20,000 nt of DNA, from positions 179,645-199,644 of the forward strand of contig LVLI01000278.1 of the NCBI GenBank assembly GCA_001687465.1. Direction: 5' to 3'. Source of the DNA: Halocafeteria seosinensis (Eukaryota). Shown piece by piece: positions 1-11,200 of this stretch. Every line of letters starts with the position of its first letter. The stretch's first letter is position 1. The notes below the pieces were generated by a model. It was given only the letters and a program-made list of their open reading frames with translations. It searched no databases and was not told where the DNA came from. The translations under genes and the position numbers were made by a program.

Positions 1-3000
1 CGTAACAGAGTTCGCACCAAAATCCTTGTCGCATTCGGAGCTTTCCACGGGCACAGTCAACCCCTTGACTAGGACAGGAGGCGCAGGCACTGCTTGCCTC
101 TTCCGAAAAATATTCTGGAGGACACTTTTCGCATCGATCAGCGTTGCTAGCGGTGGTTGAATAAAACCCCGCACTGCAGGGAATACATTCTCCCGTCCGT
201 TCTGTGCGAAAGTGGCCGCCCATGCATAGACACCGCAGCCCATCAGGCCCTGCTATTTCATTTGAACGCTCACATTCTACGGGTTGGCTTTCAAGAACCG
301 TTGGAGCTACTTGAATGGAAGAACCATTAAGTGTCACATCGACGAAGAGCTTTCCAATCGTTACGAAGCGGATTGAAAACTTGAAGGACTTCGTCGGTCG
401 ACCTTGCTGGAGACCTACAGGCAAGTCAAAAACCGCCGGGAGAGGCGACGAAGAATCCATCGCACTTTTAATGGACACAGAGAGGGCGGTTGGACGAGTT
501 TCGGTTTCCGAATGAGTGGGTATATTGCCAAAAATTGCACTGGCGGGCTCATTCCCAAAGAGATCTACAAGTCTCACGGACATCGTTAATCTTTCTCCGA
601 CAAAGGCAGGGGATGACGACGGTTCTAGGACAGAGCGAGATGCAGTCGCCCAACCTGCGTTGAACGAAAGAGACGTGCCGCTGGACCTCGCATCGTCCGC
701 TTGCGTCATTCCTCCCTTCCAATGCCCACCAAGTGAAACGAACAGCCTGAACTGCACATTAGCTGTTCCCGGGAAATAGTGTCCTACGGTAGTATTTCCG
801 TCCTGGAAGGCCGTAAATAATCTTTCTGAAGCGTACTGCACATCAACACGGAAGCTCTTTGAAAGGCCCGGACGAATAAGATGAGATACTGGGCTTATTT
901 GCAACCAAGACGCTAGCACTCGACGTCCCTCTCCCAAACTTGAAACGAAAGAAAACGTGCGTAATTCCTCGACAATAGTTCCATTCCTTCGATACAACTC
1001 GATTGTGAAATTGTCTGGAACCACCCGTATTGGCACGACCTCTGTATTAACCACTGTAATTTGATGAAACCCCGACTCTCCAGGAGTTAACGATACACTG
1101 TCGCTTGCCCCGCATACAAAAATCGAGGTCACCCGGAACAACAGATGGAACCAAACGTGGTGGGAAGACATTGCCTTCGACTCAGCGGCCCAATCAGGGC
1201 GGACATTCATATGAGTCCTTTCCCAAGCGTCGATTTCCACCAATATCCAGGCTTCAAACTGTCCAGTGCTTTCAACTCTCTGCGAATTGAACTCAACGGG
1301 AATTACTGGGGCTGGCTCTAACCCAGGTGCAATTTCTCCACTTTGTATGGGCAGGCTACACCAGTAGACATCCTTGTTCGATAACTCAGTTCCATTAGAC
1401 AAGAATAAACGCGCCGACCAGTGACTCCTGTACGAGCCGCTATTGCCCACAATTATCGAACTGTTCACTGGCGGTTCACTCATGCTTCGAGCCACCTCTA
1501 TTGACTGGCTGCCTACGTGGATACTTGCTTGAAAGATGTTCACAGTAACTCCAACCGTCAGGGTAGTTGGAGGCCTCCATTTCTCAAAGACGTTGACGTA
1601 TAACTCGAAAGCAGTTTCTCCTGTTGGAATTTCAGCCATGTCTATCACCAACGTTTGTTTGTAAGCGGCTGTCTGGAACGCCTCTCCGCCAGTGGGCAAC
1701 GAAAGAAACCCTAGCACCCTCGTGCTTGCACTCCACTTCCAAGTCGAACCCTTAGTAATCGTAAGTTCTATGTCTTCCATAACTGACTCAGGGGAAGCAG
1801 TACTTCGATTACGAGCAATGAACAACTGCCCGGGTTCCAGAAGAGGCAACGAGAAAAAGCTTTCGGCAAGCATAAAGTATAGTTTGGAATTGAACGACAC
1901 AATATCCTCTTCCGGTGCCGCGACTACTACTTTTAACGGTAAAACGATAGTTTGATCGGATAAGCTGCGCATCTTTGACGTAGTTTCTTCGAAGAAGACG
2001 TTGTCCCAGTGCAGCCGAAACAGTTCAACAGCATTCTCACGAAAGCGAAATACTCCCCGTACACTGATCTGACGACAAGATGCAGCATGACCTTGTCCGC
2101 AAGATTCATTCTTCAATGTCTCTTTGGATAAGAGTACGGGAAAACCAATGTCTCCAAGGGAAAGATCAGGGTTGCAAGAGGAGTACAAAGTAGCTCCCGG
2201 ATCAGTTTGTACGTCTGTGTCACATGACATTTCCAATACAGGGGCTACATCGTTCAATGTCTGCCAACGAATCTCTATCTCCGAAGACTGAGCAGGTAGT
2301 GCCTTTGCGCCCATGTTCTCGGATGTTATTTCTGTAGTAATGCTTCTAACGAAAATTACTGTAGCACAATGTCCCGGTGAGATTGTTGCGCACGAAGATA
2401 CAACGGACATGTTCTCCGGTTTACTTATTTTGTTCGACGATGGACTTGGTACTTGTATGGGGCGTTCGCTCGAAGCAGCGCACTGAGTGTTAGTGACCAG
2501 ATCACCTGAACTGGGAAGTACGCTTAAAGTAGGTGAAGCAAATGCTGTTGTACTCTCTCTGCTCGGTCGAAGCGTTGTACTGGATGCATCTCTTGTGGGA
2601 CTAACTTGAGTTGGCGCAGCCAAGTTGTCGGTCGAGGGTTGAATGCTCTTGGTGGAGCCTGGACTGGGTTCCGTTTCGCTCGGTAACGTAGTATTCCTTT
2701 GTGTACCCGGTTCAGAACTAGCAAGACTTACCGAACCACTCAGTGTTGCGAAGACCGACGGAGTAGAGCTATACATCGGCAACAGTAGTGATCCACTATT
2801 GTTTAAGGTTGATAAATCCCCTGTGGGTGCAAAACTGGATGGCGAAACCCATCTTGGCGATGGTAAAGTGCGATTCTGCGATGCTGAATGTGAAATACTA
2901 GCAGCAAACTGAGTTGAATGCAAAGCGGTCTGTGTAGCACTGACACTGCCTGAAATTGTTGCTGTCACAGAAGAGGTCGGAGGGGCGGAGTTACCAGCAT

Positions 3001-6000
3001 CTAAAGAAAATGAGGAGCTTGGCGTAGCAGTAGAGCTTCGGTATGAAGGCCGTGACGAAGTGCTCCGCGATCCGTTCGGTGTGTTTGAGCGAGAGCCGCT
3101 TCCGCCAGATGGCTTCGTGCCCGGTTCAGAGCTTTTACTTTGAACTGTGGGGATAAGAGTAACAGATACAGAACTGGAATAGCTGACTGTAGCAGAGAGA
3201 GTAGTCGACTCGCTTGGTGCACCGGTTGGAGCTATAGTGGCCTCAGGGAACGCCGAGGTTGTTACCACCCTAGGTGCCGTCGGGCTGGGAGAAGAGATTA
3301 CAATACTTGGCGTCAAAAAACGGCTCGGTGATACGCTAGTTGTATAGAAGTTCGCACGGGTTGGTAGGGCACTGTCAGTAGACGATTCTGAGCAAGTAGG
3401 AGACTGAAGTTCAATGCCAGAGGCTGAAAGTTTATCTGCAGAGGGGATAGGTGTTGTGATAGACGTCCCAACTTCTACAGGGCTGGAGGAAGACGTGGAC
3501 CTTGTAGGCGGAGTTGTTGTTGTAGGGCCTAATAACCCAGTGTGCGTGTAGTTTCGAGTTGCGGTAATTGAAGAAGAACCCGTCTGGCTTACTGTAATGC
3601 TACCCATAGACGGCAACGGGGCCGAATGACTGTCCGTAGCACTTTGATAGCTCATCTCACTTGGCGAAATCGAAACGGAAGCGGTCACAGTGCGAGATAC
3701 CATAGCGCTAGGACCGGGGAAAGTCACTGCTTCGCTGGCCATGTTAGACGTCGTATAGATAGAAGCAGTAGAACTCGCCGACTTTGTAGCCAGAGCAGAG
3801 CTTGTGCCACTTGATGTGCAAGTAAAAGTAGGGGTTACGTTGCCTGTGGAGGAGCTTGTCGGGGTTACAGTACCGGTCAAACTACGTGAACTGCTGATTG
3901 TCCCAGATGGTGTAGCGCTAGTAGTACCAGTTTGTCTTAGGGAACCTCCAGTTGTAGACAAACTTGAGAAGTTGGGGAGCGACGTGATGCTGTACGAGCT
4001 TGTCGAAGTAGATGTGCTACTGGTCGTAGTTGTAGCAGAAGACACACTGGCGGTTGACGTAAGAATCCCTGTAACACTTGGTGTACAAGTAAGAATAGGC
4101 GTAAAACTATTTGTCGATGAGCTTGTAAGGGCTGTAGTACTGGTCACACTGGGCAAACTGCTTGTCGTTCCAGATAGTGTAAGGCTAGGAGCAGTCGAAA
4201 CTTGGCCGGCCGACAAACTCGAGGGGCTGGAAAATGAAGTGACGCTATGCGAGCCGGTCGGTGTAGGTATGCTGACAGCAGTAGTTGTAGAAGATACACT
4301 AGTGACTGTCAAAGGATTCCCTGTAATACTTGGTGTGTAAGAAAGAGTAGGCGTCAAGCTATCAGTGGAGGAGCTTGTAAGGGTTGCAGTACTGGTCACA
4401 CTAGGCGAACTGCTTCTCGTTTCAGATGGTGTAACACTAGTAGTCGCAGTCGGTGTTGGGGAGTTTCCGGTGGTAGACGAAGTGGAGGTACTGGGAGATG
4501 GGGTGATGCTATGCGAGCCGGTCGGTGTAGGTGTGCTGCTAGCAGTAGTTGCAGACGATACACTGATGCTTGGGAAAAGACTTCCTGTTAAGCTTGGTGC
4601 GCAAATAATAGTAGGCGTCAAGCTATCTGTCGAGGAGCTTGTAAGGATTACAGTACTGGTCACACTAGGCGAACTGCTTCTCGTTTCAGATGTTGTAACG
4701 CTGGTAGTCGCAGTCGGTGTTGGTGAACCGTCGGTGGGAGACGAACTGGAGGTACTGGGAGATGGGTTGATGCTATGAGAGCCGGTCGGTGTGGGTGTGC
4801 TGGTGGTAGTACATGTAGACGACACACTGACACTTGGGGAAGGACTCCCTGTGACGCTCGGTGTGCAAGTAAGAGTGCCTGTCGAAGAGCTTGTAAAGGA
4901 CACTGTAGTTGTCAAACTAGGTGAACTACTTGACGTTCTAGACGTTGTAACACTGGTTGTAGCAGTCGGTGTTGGGGAACCTCCGGCCGTAGATGAACTG
5001 GAGGAACTGGGGGATGGCGTGATGCTATGCGAGCTGGTCGACGTAGATGTACCACTGGCAGTGCTTGTAGAAGACACGCTTACTGTTGGCGATGGGCTCG
5101 TTGTGACGTTCAAGCAGAACCCCATTACCTCTGTACCGAGCTCCACGTGCCTGAACAGAGTCCCATGAGTGCAGGGCTGTATGGCTCCTGGATTACCACC
5201 CAGATTTCTGCCAATCAAATCTTCGGTAATTCTGAAGGTTTATACATATCTCACGCATTTACGAATTTTACTTACATTGCCACATCCTCATTGTGAAATG
5301 CAGAAACAACTTCAGGTTGCAAAAATTCGATACTATTGTTAAACAGAGTTCTGTAGTACACTCACAAGCGCATCAATTCGCGAGGTGACCACATGTTTAA
5401 CCTTATACGTACATGACTTGAATGTTGGGGTTGTTTCCCATGGATACTATCTCAGGCCTAAAGTGGTTCAGGAAGTTATTATCCAAGTTCCTGCCAGCCA
5501 GAACCAATTCTAACGCTGCATATGAACACGAGCTGGAGTAGGAGTTGAACACGTACAGTTCTTTCAGACTGCCCAGTTGACTAAATGTACTCGCTGGTAC
5601 GGACTGTAAACTGTTACCACTCAGATCTCTGCACTGGGGCATCAGCAATACAGGAACTTTGTTGCCTTGGTAGTGATTGTGATCTTACAATTGTTCAAGG
5701 CTTCCCAAAGGATGGAAACTAGAACTCACAATACTACCAGTAGTGAGTTCATTGTGTGCAAAGTAACTGCGACATACGTAACCATACTGTATAGCCCTAA
5801 CCATCAATCTTCGCCCGACACACCAACAGCCACGTACAGTTCTTTCAGGGATACCAAGTCCGTGAAATACCCGCTATCTACACCAGAAATACTGTTATAG
5901 CTTAAATCTAGTGTGGTCAAAGAATCTAATCCATCTAGTAGACTGCTGTCTATGTCCCCCAGCAGATTGTGGCTCATATTTCTGGTGGTTCATAGAAGTT

Positions 6001-7296
6001 AGGGATGATTGATAATGTTTGCACCCTTTTCCTGTTATGGTGTAGCGAATATCGCTGCCTCTACCCTTACAATTGTTCAAGGCTTCCTAGAGGATGCAAA
6101 CTAGTACTTGCGATAGTATCTATTTCATTGTTTCTGAGGTATCTGCAGCATTCATAGCCAAAGACCATCCACAATCTGCGCTCAATCTTCGCGTCAAACC
6201 AATACCAACGTACAGTTCTTTCAAAGACGCCAAGTCTGTAAAATAGCCGCTGTCTATACTGGAAAAGCTATTAAAGCTGAGATCGAGTTTGGTTAAAGTA
6301 TCTAATCCATCTAAGAGACTGTTGTCTATGCTTTCCAGCAAATTGTGGCTAAGATCTCTGTAGCAATTCAAAGAAGTTAAAAACGGCCGGACTCATTCAA
6401 TTCTTCCATTTACGTTATATTTGCGTACATTGTTTTAATACTTTCCAAATAGTCAAAAATTTGAGGAGGGAGATCGGACAGATGATTGTTTTGCAAGAAT
6501 CTGCGAGGTTCTTACATGTACGTAACAAGGAGGAACTAGCCGTTTCACTTGGGCTATCAACTTACAGTTTCTCCAAGCTGTCATGCCCACCATTGGGTGA
6601 AAGACCGCTGTAGTACGTTAACACGTAAGACTAAGAGCGTGCTCTGCCAATTCTCCAAAGTGATGCGACGTACAGGAATCCGTTTGTTCCAACAAACATA
6701 TCCTCGTGCAGACTTGAGATAGAGTTGTTACTAAGATCACTGCAGCCGAAGAAAAGCTATGATAGATCGCTTCATCAACATAGCCTGTATGTATGGACGT
6801 CCTTACAGTGTTAAGATCTCCACCACTCTTTGGAATAGCGTTTCGGGGATAACCTCTAAGGAATTCCCATTCAAGTACCTGTAACGGAGGGGAAACCTTG
6901 TGACTGGACCGCTTACTGTTCCTTCCTCGATGGCTTCTTACACTTCAGTTATCGAGTCTCTTCCACCAGCACTATTCAAAGCCTCCGGATCGGCTTCCGC
7001 AATTCCCATGTTGGAGAGGTCACTGCAAGTGGATGCGATGCTGCGTTGACGTGTCAGAACATACACCGGTTCGCGCTTTAACTTACACAATTCCAGTCGA
7101 GCTAAAATCACAATCTCCACACGAAGTCAAGACGCCATTGTTATCAATGTTGCAGCATTCCGAAGCGACCCCATTAGCCTGTCATTGCGAACCGCACCTG
7201 CCCACTCGTCCGGTGGAACTTGAAACAGCAAGCACTTACCTGAACCCTCAGTGAGCCCGACAAGAGTAGCGTAAATACGATAAAAAGCCATTGCAT
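1..7296 (-). CDS. LRR / mucin-stalk / Ig-like / Cys-repeat membrane receptor-like protein, paralogue A (3'-truncated by the window edge)
   Basis: Hand-spliced exons, all GT-AG and in frame: 7296-7240 (MQWLFIVFTLLLSGSLRVQ, signal peptide), 7178-7087 (Cys N-cap SECCNIDNNGVLTSCGDC), 7022-6942, 6878-6807, 6739-6674, 6607-6566, 6500-6429, 6357-6214, 6142-6071, 5981-5838, 5766-5689, 5628-5557, 5490-5413, 5350-5276, then 5207-<1. The large exon starts INLGGNPGAIQPC...FCLNVT and reaches the window edge at GLRCLC...CIPCSAGFYS...RMRQGFWCELCY in the same frame, colinear with paralogue B. I translated only its ends; an open middle is inferred from frame consistency and from no minus-strand ORF being called in that frame. 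Confidence 0.9.
3804..5100 (-). repeat. Coding tandem repeat, ~5 copies of a 252-264 nt (84-88 aa) Ser/Thr/Pro-rich unit in the stalk of paralogue A
   Basis: Anchor gctatgcgagccggtcg and variants at 3989, 4244, 4508, 4772, 5024 (periods 255/264/264/252); outer boundaries approximate. Confidence 0.85.
5276..7022 (-). other. LRR solenoid region of paralogue A (~13 LRRs on phase-2 mini-exons)
   Basis: LxLxxNxL consensus on successive exons, e.g. YLNGNSLEVIPETLF, FLQNNHLSDLPPQIF, DLSHNLLESIDNSLL, DLSFNSFSSIDSGYF, YLRNNEIDTIASTSL, DLSGNSLQSVPASTF. Confidence 0.9.
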
Positions 7297-7421
7297 CTCT
7301 GTACAGCTGGAAAACCTTCTATACGCAATGTATAGTCATTGGAAGGAGATGCGGCGGCCGGCCGCTGCGGGCGCAGGGAAGCACGCGCGTTCAAGTACAA
7401 GCTCAGTGCTATCGAGAAGGT

Positions 7422-7439
7422 CTCTGCTGGTTTTTAGCG
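7422..7439 (-). promoter_or_regulatory. Candidate upstream cis-element shared by both paralogues (copy A)
   Basis: ctctgctggt-ttttagcg, ~126 nt upstream of the ATG; 16/19 match to 15921-15939. Confidence 0.4.
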
Positions 7440-8212
7440 TGTTACGTGATGACAAGTAAATGAGCTGCGGAAAATTTGGTCAACCCCTCCCACATCATAT
7501 ATACTGCGAGTAGGAGCAAACCCCCAGTCCTCTTCTGGTCGGAGTTCCGGTTGATAGCCAGTGCGCTGGACGGCATTTGTTCCTGGTTGGCGTATCAAGC
7601 CCTCGAAGGCGAATTGACGAACGCCGTCAGTATTACCAGGTATCTGAACCTTCTAATGGGCAGGTATCAGCGAGCGCTGAAGCAGGAGAATATAACAGAA
7701 CGGCCGGTTACGCTATAACCCGAGGTCGCAACCCAAGCCGCTCCTGTGCGGGATGTATAAGGTGGAAGGAATCCAAGAGCCTCTGAGTAAGAGGAGTCAG
7801 TTCCATTCCTCAGTGTCAACTCCGAACCCATGAGAAGGTATAAATGGAATGGTTGCTACAACTCATGGGAGCTCCATCATAGACTGTCAATGGAAGCTAA
7901 ATTGGCTCACGTGCACTCGAAACTACCATACCATTTGTGTGTATTGGTACTGCTCCTACCGGAGGCACTCTAAGCCATATGGTAGTAGTTGTACAATTCG
8001 TGAAATGGTGTGGTGGTGTGGGATTAATCTGGTCCAAAACTGGCAAATTTACCTGGGTGTAGTGGATCTTCCGAAACTCCCGTTATCCGTTGCTCGAAAG
8101 CAGCTTTCACTCATCACCGCATGGATCCGGCCGTTGTGTTACATACGAAATACAGTGTCGTAGACCGGGCCGGTCTGACCGGCAAATATGGCTGTACAAC
8201 ATTAACATTTTT

Positions 8213-11200
8213 TCAGTAATCAGTGCTATGTCTTTCGGCATCGGATGTCCAAGCTTCCAATGCGCCAAAGCGTTGATCAGATGGGGGAGTCTCAGACACT
8301 GTCGAAATCCCTTCACGGGGGGCTCCATCATTCTCAGGAGCTATTTGGGCACGATAACGGTGGTTGCTCCAACACGCGTGTGAGCAACATATGCAGTTCA
8401 ATTGTTTTACCCACTCTTTTGCAGCGTTCCAAGTGTCATCCAGGTATTGCCGTGCGTCCGAATAAGCCGCCGGGAGTAAAGACATAGCTAGAGACACCGC
8501 TAACACCAAGACGACCACTTGGGTAACCACGACAAGTACCTCAACCAACGTCTTCAACGTTTCCCCTGTGCGCCTTAAATCTCCTGATAAAGCAAACAAG
8601 AGAGCCCCGAAACAAGTAGTGGAGAAAGCAAAAAACAATTTGCCCAGTTCTAGAGACGTAAGGCTCTGAACCCGATACGGAGACATGAGTTCCGCCATGA
8701 CATAGGAAACTAACAATATACCTGTGACAAACGCCAATTGCTCCAGAGGTTTCGAAGTGAACGTAGAAATCAGAAGTAGGAGGACCTTCCTCACAATGAC
8801 AATCGTCGGCCACAGATATCCTTTCCGCGACAGACGGAATCCACCAATTAAATTACCATACCTCTCGTACACTTCCATTGTTTTGCTCATGGATGCGAAA
8901 TTGCCCAACTGACGCACCAAAACGATGGATGTGGTCACAGGAAAACCAAACACGAATGCAACCATTGTAGCCGTGGCTACGGCGAATAAAACCACCTGTC
9001 GGGAGCTACCTATCTCAATGCTCAAATCACTCCACATCCGTTCTCTTGAAAAGATTTCGTGAGGATATTGCCGAAACGAAGCGATCGTCATTTCAGTGAC
9101 GGATGCATAGACGATGTTGAAAACTGTAATGACAACAGGGACTGAGCATTTCAGAAGACTTCGCAGATCAAAACTTCTCTTTCGCAACCATGCAATTGTT
9201 GGCTGTATCAGCATGATCAGCAGGGCCAGACTCCAAGGGAGCGTCATCGACATTAGGCCACTTTCGAAGAAATCCATACGAGTCGCACACTGGAATGGGG
9301 CTGATTGTGTGGGATTAAACAGCGACAAACCTGATACCTGGCTTAACCATGACGAAGACCCTCGGAAGGGGTTTATTCGCAAAGAACTGAGAAGGGACAC
9401 TATCTGTAGATAGTCGATATACACCATAGCAACTTCGCCAACCGCTTTTGCACTTTCAAAACCTTCATCCTGCTCTCGCTCTATAATACTAAGTCGGACG
9501 TTCTTCTGAGAGCGAACAATTGCTTTTGACGCATCCGTCGCTTTGTCCGGCTGGTGTCCAACGAAAGACCTTCCGTAGTCACTTGCTGAAACCCTCTCAT
9601 CAGCTGAGCTGTATTGATACGAGAGAAAGACAATAACTCCCAAAATGCTTACACAACTAACGGTTGTGACGGTGTAGTCACTCTCTGGGTCGTTGCAGCG
9701 AACGCAAGATTTCGTCTCAGGAACATATGCAAAGTTCCTTTCACACTGTTCACACAAAACTCCATGATGGCCCTCTGTGCATTGAGTTGCCAATGTGGTG
9801 CTATTAGAGAAACAGACACGGGGGTTTCTGCATTCGTGAAACCGCACTGCATTACCATTTTCGAGTTGCAAAACAATTGCTTCACGTGGGGAAGTATAGC
9901 GACTGGCATTGGTGAGTCGACCTAGATCATAACACATTTCACACCAAAAGCCTTGCCGCATGCGAAGCCTTCCAAGGTTGCATTTAGCCCCTTGACGAGG
10001 GCAGGAGACGCAGACGCTGCTGCCTTCCCCTGAGAAGTATTCAACAGGACACTTCTTGCATTGGTACGCATTGCTAGCGACGTTCGAATAAAAGCCTTCA
10101 CTACAGGGGACACATCGCTCTGTCTCCTCTTCGCGGTAGTGCCCCGCCACACACAAACATCGCAACCCATCAGAACCTGGGATTTCATTCTCACGTTCGC
10201 ACAGTACAGGTTGGCCCTTGAGAAGACGGGGTGCATTATCAATTGAAGAACCATTGATTTTCACGTCGACAAAAACACTGCCGACAGTTACAAATCGAAT
10301 TCCAAACGTGAAAGACTTTATTTGCTTACCATTCTGGAGACCCAAAGGAAAATCAACAGCTGCTGGTAAAGCGGAGCTATCATCCTCCGCATTTCTTACT
10401 GACAAAGCAAGGACGGTAGCGCCAGAATCGGTTGCTAAATCAGCCGGTATACTGCCGACAATTGCACTGGCGGGTTCGTTTCCGAACTGGTCTAAAAGTC
10501 TCACTGATAACGTCAACTGCTCTCCTACGAAGGGCTCCAGGGAAGGCGATCGCACCACAGACCGAAACGAAGAGGCCCATCCTGCGGAAAAGGCCACGGA
10601 GACTGCACTAGACCTCACATCGTCCGCCTTTGAACGACCAACCCTCCAGTGTCCTCCAAGGAAGACAAACAGCTTAAAGTGAATATCAACAGTACCAGGT
10701 AAAAATTGCCCTACACTTATGTTTCCCTCCTGAAAAGCTGTCAATAAATCTTCCGTGGTATATTGTAAATCGATCCTGAAGCTTTTTGAAAGACCTGGTC
10801 CGATAAACTGAGATACTGGACTAGTTCTTAGCCACGAGGAGAAGACGCGGTTTCGTTCTTTCAAGCTTGGAACGAAAAAAAACGTCCCAGCATCGTTATC
10901 GGTGGTTCCATTAAGAAAATGCGCCGTCATTGTGAAATTGTCGGAGAATACACGGATGGGAACAATTTCCGTGTTAACTACGGTAAGCAGATTCAGTTTA
11001 GTTTCGAAAGGCCTTAGAGTCACATTCTTGCTTGCTCCCTCGCATACAAAAATTGACGTCACTCGGAACAACAACCGGAACCAAAACTGGTTGAAGCTAG
11101 TCTGAATAGACTGAACATTCCAACGTGGAGGGATGATTTCCGAAGTAGCTTCCCAAGCGTCTACCTCTATTAATACCCACGCGTCAAAGAGTCCAGTGCT

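Noticed and set aside
315..779. + strand ORFs apparently homologous to the ORF at 10218-10682
   Set aside because: The similarity only reflects the conserved minus-strand paralogues; stop positions are not conserved.
3804..5168. Long + strand Val/Leu/Gly/Glu-rich ORFs (178, 137, 125 aa), and similar ones at 12363-13835
   Set aside because: Antisense shadows of the Ser/Thr/Pro-rich stalk codons on the minus strand; all in one fixed frame offset and broken by scattered stops.
1..5207. Paralogue A as a pseudogene because no long ORF is listed
   Set aside because: The frame is the same at both ends and all splice sites are intact; the ORF is most likely missing from the track because its stop lies outside the window.
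7476..7786. Short + strand ORFs, one with an SNGQV integrase-like word
   Set aside because: No other catalytic motifs, and the position is in the wrong order relative to the putative zinc-finger remnant; probably chance.
8478..10205. Adhesion GPCR assignment for the receptor
   Set aside because: No GPS/GAIN motif (C.C.HLT.F) precedes the first helix, and there are ~9 rather than 7 hydrophobic segments.
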